From the IMG/VR virus record IMGVR_UViG_3300034111_001103, positions 32,001 through 96,000 of that record: a DNA stretch of 64,000 bases. The stretch is one strand, 5' to 3'. The stretch's first letter is position 1. The number at the start of each line of letters is the position of its first letter. The position numbers were made by a program, and so were the translations under genes. Below the pieces are notes generated by a model. The model made no database searches and had not been told where the DNA came from. It worked only from the letters and a program-made list of their open reading frames with translations. The DNA is from a virus. Below, one piece after another: positions 52,520-61,897 of the stretch.

Positions 52520-53470
52520 ATGAAAAGAATAGGAAATTTATACAATCAAATATGTGATAGAAATAATATAGAATTAGCTATAAAAAATTCACAAAAAAGT
52601 AAGAAGAAAAATAAGAATGTTATAGAATTTAACAAAAATTATGAAAATAATTTAGAAATTTTAATAAATTTACTAAAAGAAGAAAAATATGTTATTTCAG
52701 ACTATAAAATAAAATATATTAAAGATGGAAATAAAATAAGGGAGTTAAAGATACTCCCTTATTTTCCAGATAGAATTATACAACATTGTATATTAAATAT
52801 AATATCTTTTACGTTATTAAAAACTTTTCCTACTAATACTTATTCAGCAATTAAAAATAGAGGTATACATAAGTGTTTGTACAAGTTAAAAAGTATAATA
52901 AATAAGTATGACTATTGTTTAAAACTGGATATTAAAAAATATTATGAAAATATAGATAATGACATATTAAAATCTTTTCTTTTAAAAAAATTTAAAGATA
53001 AACAATTATTAGATTTACTTTTTCATATAATAGACAAAGAAAAGGGATGTGTAATTGGCTCTTATTTGTCACAATGGTTTGGTAATTTTTATTTATCTTA
53101 TTTTATACACTATTTAAATGATAAAAAAGATATTAAAGTTTTAGTTTATATGGATGATATTGTTATATTAGGTAATAGTAAACAATTATTGTATGATTTA
53201 AAGTTAGAAATAATAGAATATTTAAGAACTAAACTAAAGTTAGAATTAAGTAATCATCAAGTATTTTCTCTTACACAAGGTATAGATTTTTTAGGCTACA
53301 AAACATTTAAAACACACATTTTAATAAGGAAAAGAATAAAATTAAATTTTATTAAAATGATTAAAACAAATTATAATGAAAAGTCAATTAATAGTTATTT
53401 AGGTTGGCTTTGCCACGGAAATACATTAAATTTACAACAAAAATACATTAAAAATGCAAAAAACAATTAA
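52520..53470 (+). CDS. DGR reverse transcriptase
   Basis: PDRIIQH, LKLDIKKYY, GCVIGSYLSQ (DGR-type SQ), YMDD, GIDFLGY, SYLGW. Confidence 0.95.
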   Translation: MKRIGNLYNQICDRNNIELAIKNSQKSKKKNKNVIEFNKNYENNLEILINLLKEEKYVISDYKIKYIKDGNKIRELKILPYFPDRIIQHCILNIISFTLLKTFPTNTYSAIKNRGIHKCLYKLKSIINKYDYCLKLDIKKYYENIDNDILKSFLLKKFKDKQLLDLLFHIIDKEKGCVIGSYLSQWFGNFYLSYFIHYLNDKKDIKVLVYMDDIVILGNSKQLLYDLKLEIIEYLRTKLKLELSNHQVFSLTQGIDFLGYKTFKTHILIRKRIKLNFIKMIKTNYNEKSINSYLGWLCHGNTLNLQQKYIKNAKNN

Positions 53471-53948
53471 TTTAACAAAAAAAGAAGCTATTAAATTTTA
53501 TAATAGTGCACAAGATCAAGGATTTAAAGATTTATTAGAAACAAATTTTGGTAAAGATTTCTGGAAACAAGAAATTACAGATTTAGTATATGATTTAGAT
53601 TCTTTAAAAGAATATTGTAAAAATAACAATATATCTTTTTCTTTACCTTATCTTTGTGATACTCAAGATAGTTTAGAAAAAACATTAAATGCTACTTACA
53701 TATTAGCAAAAGTTGCTAAAATATATAATAAAGGAACTATTTTAAATTGGAAAAACAATAATGAATACAAGTATTTACCTTATTTATATTTTTCTGGTGG
53801 TTCTGGGGTTGCTGCTGGTGTTTCTTTTTATTGGGATTCTGATTTGTTTGCTTCTTATTGTTTGTACTATAAAAACTCAAATTTAAGCACAAAATCTTAT
53901 AATAACTTTAAAAAATATTGGGAAGATTATTGGGGAGTAGAACAATAA
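53454..53948 (+). CDS. DGR target protein 2 (VR2 at 53790-53868), paralogue of target 1
   Basis: EYKYLPYL precedes VR2, which matches TR2 except at adenines. Confidence 0.9.
   Translation: MQKTINLTKKEAIKFYNSAQDQGFKDLLETNFGKDFWKQEITDLVYDLDSLKEYCKNNNISFSLPYLCDTQDSLEKTLNATYILAKVAKIYNKGTILNWKNNNEYKYLPYLYFSGGSGVAAGVSFYWDSDLFASYCLYYKNSNLSTKSYNNFKKYWEDYWGVEQ
53790..53868 (+). repeat. DGR variable repeat VR2
   Basis: 18 A-specific substitutions, 1 C>T and one 3-nt insertion versus TR2. Confidence 0.9.
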
Positions 53949-53958
53949 TATAAAAAAG

Positions 53959-54151
53959 AGATAAATAAATATTTTCTAGTAGTTCTAGGGTTACTAATGA
54001 TTCTAATAATTGGAATTCTAATTTGAATACTCCTAATTGTTTAAACTTAATTATAATACAAACAATTTTATTTATCTTAACCTATTGGTTAAAAAAACAA
54101 GCAAAATCTTAAAACAAATCCCTTAGTACCTTTAGTGTGGAAAAGGGATTT
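53959..54151 (+). ncRNA. DGR RNA 2: TR2 (53972-54047) plus structured flanks
   Basis: AAT-rich copy of VR2 enclosed by an 11-bp inverted repeat, followed by the same two hairpins as TR1. Confidence 0.85.
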
Positions 54152-54527
54152 TTTAATTAAGTACAAAAATATAAAGTAAAATATGGAATTACCAATATTA
54201 ATACCTACAATATATGTAGATACTCCAGAACATAAAAAAACTATTCAATATGGGAAATATTTAGTAGTAAGAAAAGATGGTAAAACTCACTTAGAAACAT
54301 TTAATGGAACTGGATGGGCTTATAATCATAATACTATTATAGCTTATTATTTACCTAAAATTAATTAAAAATGAATTATTTAGATACATTAAAACAAAAA
54401 AAATCAATAGATACAGAGTATGAAACTCAAAAAGAGTTATTATTACAACAAATAACTAACATAAATACTCTATATAGTAAATATAATGGAGATTTTTTAA
54501 AAGAATTAAGTCAATTTACTAAAGATT

Positions 54528-55217
54528 ATGAAGAAAGAAGAAAAATTAAATTGGGACAACTTCTCACTGAAATTTCATCCAACTTGGAGAAACAAAATGA
54601 AAAAAATAGTGGAAAGCCCTCAATTATTTCAGATATTCCAAGAACTGAAGAAGCAATCTAGCCAAGGAAACAAATTATATCCTCAAAGTAAAGATATATT
54701 TGAATTTTTAAATTTTGATATATCTAAACTAAAAGTATTAATCTTAGGAGATATTCCTCATACCTATAGTAATGGGATATGGTTAGATTGTAGTAATAAC
54801 ACAATAGTTTCTAAAGATTTAGAATATTTTTATAATAATATAGAAAAAGATCTTTATAACCTAGATTTTAACTATGATAGAAACAATAAAAGTTTAGAAT
54901 ATCTTAAGGAACAAGGGGTTATATTATCTTCTTGTTCTTTAGTATCTAATAATATAGAACTTTTTAAGCTTTTTTGGAAGTTAATGTTTGAAGAAATCTT
55001 TAACACACAAGCAGGTTTACATATTATAGCTGTAGGAAAAGAAGCTCAAAAAATATTAGTAGAGAACTCAGAACCTTTTATACACTATACTTATTACCTA
55101 GAATCTTGGGATAAAACTCTAGAATATCCTAAATTTAATACTTTTTCTATTATAAATAAACTATTAGAAAAAGATAATGGTAAAGAATTTACAATACAAT
55201 GGCTAAAAACAATTTAA
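54528..55217 (+). CDS. Uracil-DNA glycosylase-like protein (degenerate active site)
   Basis: YP..KDIF...LKVLILGDIPH (canonical GQDPY), EQGVIL, C-terminal I.W. Confidence 0.6.
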   Translation: MKKEEKLNWDNFSLKFHPTWRNKMKKIVESPQLFQIFQELKKQSSQGNKLYPQSKDIFEFLNFDISKLKVLILGDIPHTYSNGIWLDCSNNTIVSKDLEYFYNNIEKDLYNLDFNYDRNNKSLEYLKEQGVILSSCSLVSNNIELFKLFWKLMFEEIFNTQAGLHIIAVGKEAQKILVENSEPFIHYTYYLESWDKTLEYPKFNTFSIINKLLEKDNGKEFTIQWLKTI

Positions 55218-55693
55218 AACATCTATTATTAATACCTTGTATAATATTTATAACTCTAATAATGAAAGATTTGACAAATATTCCTTTAGTAAGAGATTGG
55301 TTATATTTTATATTATTAGAGTTTTTCTTACAAGTATATTATAATAGAATAGTAAAAGAAGATTTATAAATAATAAAATAAATAAAAAATGAAACAAGTA
55401 AATATAAAAAAACAAAAAATAGTATTAACAGGATATTTATTTAATATATTACCTGGAATTTTAATAACAGATGATCATAAAGAACAATTTGAGTATCATT
55501 TTGAAAAAAAAGATATATTAGATATTATACTAGATAATATTTCTGACTATAACAGTAAAAAAACAGTAACTTTAGATAAGTTGACAAATCAAGAAATTAA
55601 CAAAGCTGTTTATATTTGTCAACAAATAGTTCAAGATGTAGACTATGCTAACAATTTATTTGCTTTGAGTAAAAAATATAGAGGTTTATTATA

Positions 55694-56245
55694 ATGAAAA
55701 CTATATTTTCAGATAAATCAAAGATAATTGACCTTTGGATAGAACAAAAACAAGATTTTGCTGGGACTCCTTTAAGTGTAATAACAGATAGTAGTATAAA
55801 ACAAAGAAGATTATTCTTTAAAGGAGATACTATTTATAGTTATAGAGAATCTTATCCTTTAGCTAGATTATTAGGAGATAAGATATATTTAAGAGAGGAA
55901 AATTATAGTAGAACAACAAGTAAACAAAAACTTTGTATACAAAGTAGGGCTTTAAAATATAATAAAAAAATAATATTTTCAGATGATTTGAAAAATGAAA
56001 ATATTAAAGATAAAAAATTACAAATTGCTTTAGAAAAATTATTAAAAGCTAGACTTTGGAAAGATTATTATATTTATGCTATTTCTAATTTAATAGCAAA
56101 TAATGAAAATAATCTTATAACTAAATCTAAATTTCCTTTATTATTTGATGAAAAACATGAAAAAGTAAAACAAATGTTATTTTCTCAAGATAATGAAACA
56201 GTTAATTTAGCAATAAAAATTATAAAACAAGAAAAACTAATATAA
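55694..56245 (+). CDS. Hypothetical protein with C-terminal SxDxE helical module
   Basis: YSRTTSKQ; QMLFSQDNETVNLAIKII. Confidence 0.6.
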   Translation: MKTIFSDKSKIIDLWIEQKQDFAGTPLSVITDSSIKQRRLFFKGDTIYSYRESYPLARLLGDKIYLREENYSRTTSKQKLCIQSRALKYNKKIIFSDDLKNENIKDKKLQIALEKLLKARLWKDYYIYAISNLIANNENNLITKSKFPLLFDEKHEKVKQMLFSQDNETVNLAIKIIKQEKLI

Positions 56246-56608
56246 TATGTATGCAATAAAAGTAAAAAATAAAGATTTATATTTAAATCTTGATAGTCTA
56301 ATAGGATATTTTATATCTTCTTATCCTTATATAGCTTCTAAAAAACAAATAACAGATATTTTTTTAAATATTAATTCTGAAAAACCTTATTACGAAATTA
56401 ATTCTAATACAGAAGAATTAAGTTTTGAAGATGATATAAAAAATTATATATTAGAAAATATTGAAGATTTAGAAATTAAAGAAATAAAAATAGAATTAAT
56501 ATGACAAAATCAAATGAAAAAGAAGCTATCTCGTATTAAATAACAGAAATGTAGGATACTATCAACAAAAATAGTATTTTTGAGGATAATAATCAACAAT
56601 AATAAAAT

Positions 56609-56678
56609 AGTCAGGTGGCGTAAGGGAAACGCAGTCTCCACAAAGAAAGAAAGCAGGTTTGAATCCTTGTCCTGACTA
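56609..56678 (+). other. tRNA-like element / pseudo-tRNA
   Basis: AGTCAGG/CCTGACT acceptor, GCGT/ACGC D stem, GGTTTGAATCC T arm; no proper anticodon stem. Confidence 0.6.
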
Positions 56679-56692
56679 CAAAAAATAAAAAA

Positions 56693-57058
56693 ATGATAAT
56701 ATTTAAATTTACACTATATACTTTAATTCTTAGTTATAGTCCTTGTGATGTATTTAAACATTTTAATGTAACTGAAATGCATGGTCTTAATTTAGTTGAT
56801 TGTGAAAAATACAATAACACTAATGAAGATGCTTATATAGCAGGTTTTTGTAATGTATCTCCTATTGATGGTAAACCATTTGTGTTTATAAATTTAAGTA
56901 GATGTAATAATGATGTTGAAACAACAGCATTAGTATTTCATGAGATGATGCATCTTTCAGGTATAAAATATAATGATGAATGGTTATCTAATGAAGAAAA
57001 TATGATAACATTTGCAGAAAATGAAACATATAAAGTTGTTAAACTAATTAAAAAATAA
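56693..57058 (+). CDS. HExxH metallopeptidase-like protein
   Basis: VFHEMMH...EE. Confidence 0.55.
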   Translation: MIIFKFTLYTLILSYSPCDVFKHFNVTEMHGLNLVDCEKYNNTNEDAYIAGFCNVSPIDGKPFVFINLSRCNNDVETTALVFHEMMHLSGIKYNDEWLSNEENMITFAENETYKVVKLIKK

Positions 57059-57061
57059 TAA

Positions 57062-57199
57062 AATGGAAAAATTTTAATTTTTAATTCTATTTCAGAAGCT
57101 TCTAAAATTTTAAATATTAACATTAGTAATATTTCTAGAATAGCAAAAGGAGAAAGAAAAACTAGTAAAAAATTAAATATGACATTTCAATTTATATAA
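57062..57199 (+). pseudogene. NUMOD1-like HTH remnant of a homing endonuclease
   Basis: Start-less frame NGKILIFNSISEASKILNINISNISRIAKGERKT. Confidence 0.6.
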
Positions 57200-57218
57200 A
57201 TTATAAAAAAAAAAGAAT

Positions 57219-57611
57219 ATGAACCCACATTTGCATTCAAAATCCTCTGTAAAGCGTTGGGGAGGAAAAATAGAAGACTACATAGAATTACATAAATTTT
57301 TAGATAGTCCAAAATCTTGTATGAATAATAATACTTCTAGGATGTTAACACACAATACTTGGTTTATTTATGAAGTTATTCCTAGAGTATTTGGTTATAA
57401 TATAATAAACTCAGAAGGAAAATCTGTAGATACTGTAGATATAGCTATGTTACATGTGAGTGAAGACTTTAGACATAAATTTATACCTACTCCACAAGAT
57501 TATTTAAAAAATATGAAAATACAATCTTGGATGAATAATGGAGTAAAAGATATTGATAATCCTGATTCAATAGAATTAGCTAAAAAAGTAATAGAAAAAT
57601 GGAAAAATTAA
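57219..57611 (+). CDS. DUF6915-like protein
   Basis: NPHLHSKSSVKRWGGKIEDY..LH..LD.PK...H..EDF...IPT..DYL (family recalled, not searched). Confidence 0.6.
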   Translation: MNPHLHSKSSVKRWGGKIEDYIELHKFLDSPKSCMNNNTSRMLTHNTWFIYEVIPRVFGYNIINSEGKSVDTVDIAMLHVSEDFRHKFIPTPQDYLKNMKIQSWMNNGVKDIDNPDSIELAKKVIEKWKN

Positions 57612-57728
57612 TAAAAATTAAAAGATGGAATGGTTATTAGTAAAAATAAATAATGAAATAGATGTTATTTGGAATTGGGAAGTGTATAATATTAATTTAA
57701 AATGGAAATCTTGTAAAATAATTAAAAA

Positions 57729-58340
57729 ATGGAAGAATTAATAAAAGAATGGTTAGATAAAAAAATAGATAGAGCAGAATTTGAGTTTAGTTGTGGGGGA
57801 GATTCTATGAATAATATTTCTTTAATCTTCTTTGATAAAGAAAATAAAGAGGTTATTATGAGTGATGAAAGCAGAGAAACCCTAGATGATAATATTTATG
57901 AAAATGTAGAATTTTATGAAGACTCTGATGGACATTATCAAGGAGAATTTGGAAAAGTTTTAATTGAATTTGATGAAGAAGAAAATGAATTTAATTACAG
58001 TAAAAGTGCTACAGAAGAATGGTCAGAGTCTTTTACTGATATTATAAAATTAGAAATAACTCCAGAACTACATAAATTCTGTAAAGAGTATGTACTTGAA
58101 ATATCAGGAGAGTCTGATTTTTTAGATATTGAATATGCTAAAGATTTTTACATTAATTCAGAAAAATGTAAAATGCTTGAAGATATTCAAGAAATTATTA
58201 ATGAAGCTATTGATAATCATGAACCAGAAAATACATTAGCAGGAGAATTAGAAGATTATGTAAATATGTCTAACTTTGCAACTATTGATAACAATAAAAT
58301 AAAATTTAACTATGACTATGGAAAAACAGTTTATAATTAA
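57729..58340 (+). CDS. Acidic hypothetical protein (DUF6878-like)
   Basis: FSCGGDS motif; adjacent to the DUF6915-like gene. Confidence 0.45.
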   Translation: MEELIKEWLDKKIDRAEFEFSCGGDSMNNISLIFFDKENKEVIMSDESRETLDDNIYENVEFYEDSDGHYQGEFGKVLIEFDEEENEFNYSKSATEEWSESFTDIIKLEITPELHKFCKEYVLEISGESDFLDIEYAKDFYINSEKCKMLEDIQEIINEAIDNHEPENTLAGELEDYVNMSNFATIDNNKIKFNYDYGKTVYN

Positions 58341-58614
58341 ACATGATAAATACAGCCTTAAACAAGGAATAAGATTCTTAAAAACCACTGTAACAAACAA
58401 TTATGATGAATTACCAGAGTATTTTAAAGATGAAGAAGTTAAAAATAGTTGGGATTTATATGAAGGTATACCTTTAAAACTGTATCAAATGACTCAATCT
58501 AAAGATGAAGAAACTTTAGAATTAGCTATAGAATTATTAAGAAAAGCTGATATTAAATTTACATATAGAAAAAACCATTTTGGACCAAATAAAATAGAAT
58601 TATGGAACAATTAA
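58312..58614 (+). CDS. Small protein with SxDxE module and IELW end
   Basis: QSKDEETLELAIELL; KIELWNN. Confidence 0.6.
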   Translation: MTMEKQFIIKHDKYSLKQGIRFLKTTVTNNYDELPEYFKDEEVKNSWDLYEGIPLKLYQMTQSKDEETLELAIELLRKADIKFTYRKNHFGPNKIELWNN

Positions 58615-60974
58615 AAATTAAAAATGATACTACAAAGCTACAACAACTTTTAGGATCTAAATTATATTCAGATAAATATAGTTTTATATCAGAAGCTTTA
58701 CAAAATAGTACTGATGCTATGCGTAAAATAGGTAAACAAGAAGAAAACTTTGATATAGGTATAAAACAAGTAGATTCTGATTTTTATTTTTATATAAGAG
58801 ATTATGGTTGTAGTTTTGATAGTATAGAAGAATTTAAAAGATTAGTAGGTACTCTTTTAGAGTCTAGTAAGACTCAAAGTAAAGATAGTACTGAAAATCA
58901 AGAGCTAGGAAAGTATGGGATAGGATCCATTAGTTTTAGTGCATATCAAAAAAGCTGTAATTATATAGTATATAAAAATGGGAAAGGGTTTAAAGCTAGA
59001 CTAGAAGAAGTTGAAAACAAAGGTTTATTTATAAAATGTGAAGATTATTTTGAAAGTGATGAGCCTCAAGGAGTTTACTTTGAATTAATAATTGATAAAT
59101 ATGATTTAACTACATTTTATGACAAACTAATAGAAAAATCTAAATATTTTCAAAATATTAGATTCAAATTTGATTTAAGTTTTATTAATTCTCAAAAATA
59201 TATAAAAGAAGAATTATTAGAAATTAACGACAAATTTGCAATATATAAGTCAGATGACTTTCAATTTAGTACTTTAAATCAAGATAAATACTTACATATT
59301 TGTTTAGATCAATATAGTTATCCTATTAAATGGGAAGAATTAGGTATAGATAAAATTTCAATGCCTATAGCATTAAGATTTAACTTAAATGATTTTGAAA
59401 CTAATCCTACAAGAGAAGTAATTACTATAGAAAAAGATTATAAGGATAAAGTATTAAATAAAATTAAAAAAGTAGCTGATTGGTTTTACAATAAATATAA
59501 TGAAGAAAATCCTGTAAAAGAATGTACTAATATGTTTAATTTTAGAGATTCTATAGATAACTTAAGAGATGTTATAAAAATAGGAGAAAATACTTTTTAT
59601 ATTAATAACTTAAAAGCACATACTGATATTATTTTAAATAAACCTGTTTATAAAGAATATTCTTATACAGATATTAATAATTTTAGTAATTTTATGTCAC
59701 AAACCTGGAGTATGCATTATACTTTAAAATATAGTCTAAAGCATAATGTGTTGGCGAGAAATGGTTTTAGTAGATATTCAGAAAATAATAATATTTTTAT
59801 GGGTAAATCTTTAAAAAGAGTAGAACAAGAATATTATAAATCTTTAGGAGAACTTTTTAAATTTTATAATAAATCTGAAGTAATTTATCATAAATTATAT
59901 GAAGAAATTATAGATGAAGTTGGAAATATTACTTATAAATCAAGAATATGTTTTTTAAATTATGTAGGTAAATCTATGGAGAAATATCTTGAAGATGAGG
60001 TTTTAAAAGCATATGTAGATACTGAATATGATAAATTTATGAAACTAAAGGAAGAATTTGAAACTTTATGTTTTAAAAATATTGAAATTCCTAAAGAATT
60101 CTTAGATAAAGCTAAAGTTGTAAAAGAGTCTAAACCTAAAGTAGTTAAAAACAATGACCAAATAATACTTAAATATCCTAGAAAACCACAAAAATGGATT
60201 AGTTGGAATGCAATTTGGGAAGATACAGCTGTAAATATATTAGATTTAAGAAAATTACCTAAGTTACATATCTATGGTTTAGAAAGTCAAAGAAGAAAAC
60301 TAGAATTTATATTTACAAATCTTAAAAACAGAATTAACAATTTAGAACTTATAATGGTATCAGAAAAAACAAAGAAAATGATAGAACAAGAAAATCCACA
60401 TAATTTTATTTATATAGAAGATTTAAAATCTAGATTAGATTTAATGAGTAAATATGTAACAGCTAATTATATCAGAATTAATTTAGAAAAACATAAAGAA
60501 GTAGTAAATCATACTAATATTAAAATCATAAAAGAACATATTTCTACTAAAATAGGAGATGATTTGTTACATTTAATGAATTTTTTACAAAAATATAATA
60601 ATGAAAAGTTATTTGAATATCCTTCTGAAGATCAAGTACATTTCTTAGAAGAAATCTTCAATCTTTTTAAAGATAATCCTAAATTATATCATCAAGAATA
60701 TATTGATTTATTCAATAGATTAGATAAAAACTTAGAAAAATTAGATTTTGTTCCTTTATTTACTCAACAATTGTATTATTTAGATAGACAAGATATGAAA
60801 TTAGATTATACAAGAGCACAAATTGCTTTAAAAACTATGAGAGATTTATGTAAATATAAACAATTAAGGATGGATTGGGGATATTATGTATTAGATAAAG
60901 TACAAGAAGTTATTACTCCAGTAGAAGAAGAATTAAAAATTGATATTTTAGAAGAAACAGAAAATTTTGCATAA
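58602..60974 (+). CDS. rIIA-like protein with N-terminal GHKL (Hsp90-like) ATPase
   Basis: LYSDK...E..QNSTDA, IRDYG, SSK, GKYGIG. Confidence 0.75.
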   Translation: MEQLKIKNDTTKLQQLLGSKLYSDKYSFISEALQNSTDAMRKIGKQEENFDIGIKQVDSDFYFYIRDYGCSFDSIEEFKRLVGTLLESSKTQSKDSTENQELGKYGIGSISFSAYQKSCNYIVYKNGKGFKARLEEVENKGLFIKCEDYFESDEPQGVYFELIIDKYDLTTFYDKLIEKSKYFQNIRFKFDLSFINSQKYIKEELLEINDKFAIYKSDDFQFSTLNQDKYLHICLDQYSYPIKWEELGIDKISMPIALRFNLNDFETNPTREVITIEKDYKDKVLNKIKKVADWFYNKYNEENPVKECTNMFNFRDSIDNLRDVIKIGENTFYINNLKAHTDIILNKPVYKEYSYTDINNFSNFMSQTWSMHYTLKYSLKHNVLARNGFSRYSENNNIFMGKSLKRVEQEYYKSLGELFKFYNKSEVIYHKLYEEIIDEVGNITYKSRICFLNYVGKSMEKYLEDEVLKAYVDTEYDKFMKLKEEFETLCFKNIEIPKEFLDKAKVVKESKPKVVKNNDQIILKYPRKPQKWISWNAIWEDTAVNILDLRKLPKLHIYGLESQRRKLEFIFTNLKNRINNLELIMVSEKTKKMIEQENPHNFIYIEDLKSRLDLMSKYVTANYIRINLEKHKEVVNHTNIKIIKEHISTKIGDDLLHLMNFLQKYNNEKLFEYPSEDQVHFLEEIFNLFKDNPKLYHQEYIDLFNRLDKNLEKLDFVPLFTQQLYYLDRQDMKLDYTRAQIALKTMRDLCKYKQLRMDWGYYVLDKVQEVITPVEEELKIDILEETENFA

Positions 60975-61249
60975 TGTTAGAAGAAAAAGAAGAAAAAGAA
61001 CCTATAAAAAATGAATTATTGGAGCAATTGATTAATTCTGAAATAGAAGAAAATAAAGAATTTGGGAGTCTACTTTTGAATTCTGAAAATATTCCTCAAG
61101 AAGAAAGAGAAGTCTATATAAATCAATTGCTTAAAAAATTCTTAAGTAGTAATAACTTAAATATATCTATACAAGTATTAGAAAATGTTATAAATGCAAG
61201 AAATAATTTAAACATTAATTATGCTAAAAACAAAATAAAGAAAATATGA
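60974..61249 (+). CDS. Small helical protein (SxDxE-module family)
   Basis: QLINSEIEENKEFGSLLL. Confidence 0.55.
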   Translation: MLEEKEEKEPIKNELLEQLINSEIEENKEFGSLLLNSENIPQEEREVYINQLLKKFLSSNNLNISIQVLENVINARNNLNINYAKNKIKKI

Positions 61250-61887
61250 TAAAACAATATAAACCAGGAGATACTTTACTAAAAGTTGATTATGATAATA
61301 TAAAAAATAAACTAAACAATCTTCCAAAAAGTTCTACTTTAGAAGAAGGAAAAACTGTATATTTTAATAAAGCTGTACAAACTTCTAGAACAGAATTTAA
61401 AAAACAATATCCTACTAATAAAATAGTACATGATCTTTCAAAAGCTAATTATTATATAACTAATAGTTTACCTTATATAACTTATTATTTTGAAAATGGT
61501 TTACAAGTAGTTGCAACTCTTATAATATCTAATGATAGTTGGAGATCAAAAGAATCTTTAAATAATCTTAATTTAGCATGTATTTTAGCTAATACGCCAG
61601 AACTCAAATTTATTTTTCCAGAAAATATTAAATTTAAATCTTCTAATACTGATTTACCTGAAGAAATGATTGAAAGAATAACATTAATGTTAAAATCTTC
61701 AGATCAAGAAACATTTAATTTAGGTTGGACTATATTATGGGAATATGATCATAGTTTAAATAGAGATAAATTTTTAGTTATTTTAGCTAATTCTCATCCT
61801 ATGTCTTATTATAGGAGAAAAAAGTCTAGAATTATAGAACAAAAATTAAAAATATTAAAAACATTTTATCCAAATAAAAACTTTTAA
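61246..61887 (+). CDS. Hypothetical protein with SxDxE module
   Basis: LMLKSSDQETFNLGWTIL. Confidence 0.6.
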   Translation: MIKQYKPGDTLLKVDYDNIKNKLNNLPKSSTLEEGKTVYFNKAVQTSRTEFKKQYPTNKIVHDLSKANYYITNSLPYITYYFENGLQVVATLIISNDSWRSKESLNNLNLACILANTPELKFIFPENIKFKSSNTDLPEEMIERITLMLKSSDQETFNLGWTILWEYDHSLNRDKFLVILANSHPMSYYRRKKSRIIEQKLKILKTFYPNKNF

Positions 61888-61897
61888 ATAAAAAAAT

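Noticed and set aside
52520-53470. Group II intron or retron RT
   Set aside because: Short RT with the SQ motif, no maturase/endonuclease extension, and two A-specific TR/VR pairs identify it as a DGR RT
51211-54661. avd/accessory gene for the DGR
   Set aside because: Flanking small ORFs show no recognisable Avd-like features and there is no ORF between target and TR; a remote accessory gene cannot be excluded without a profile search
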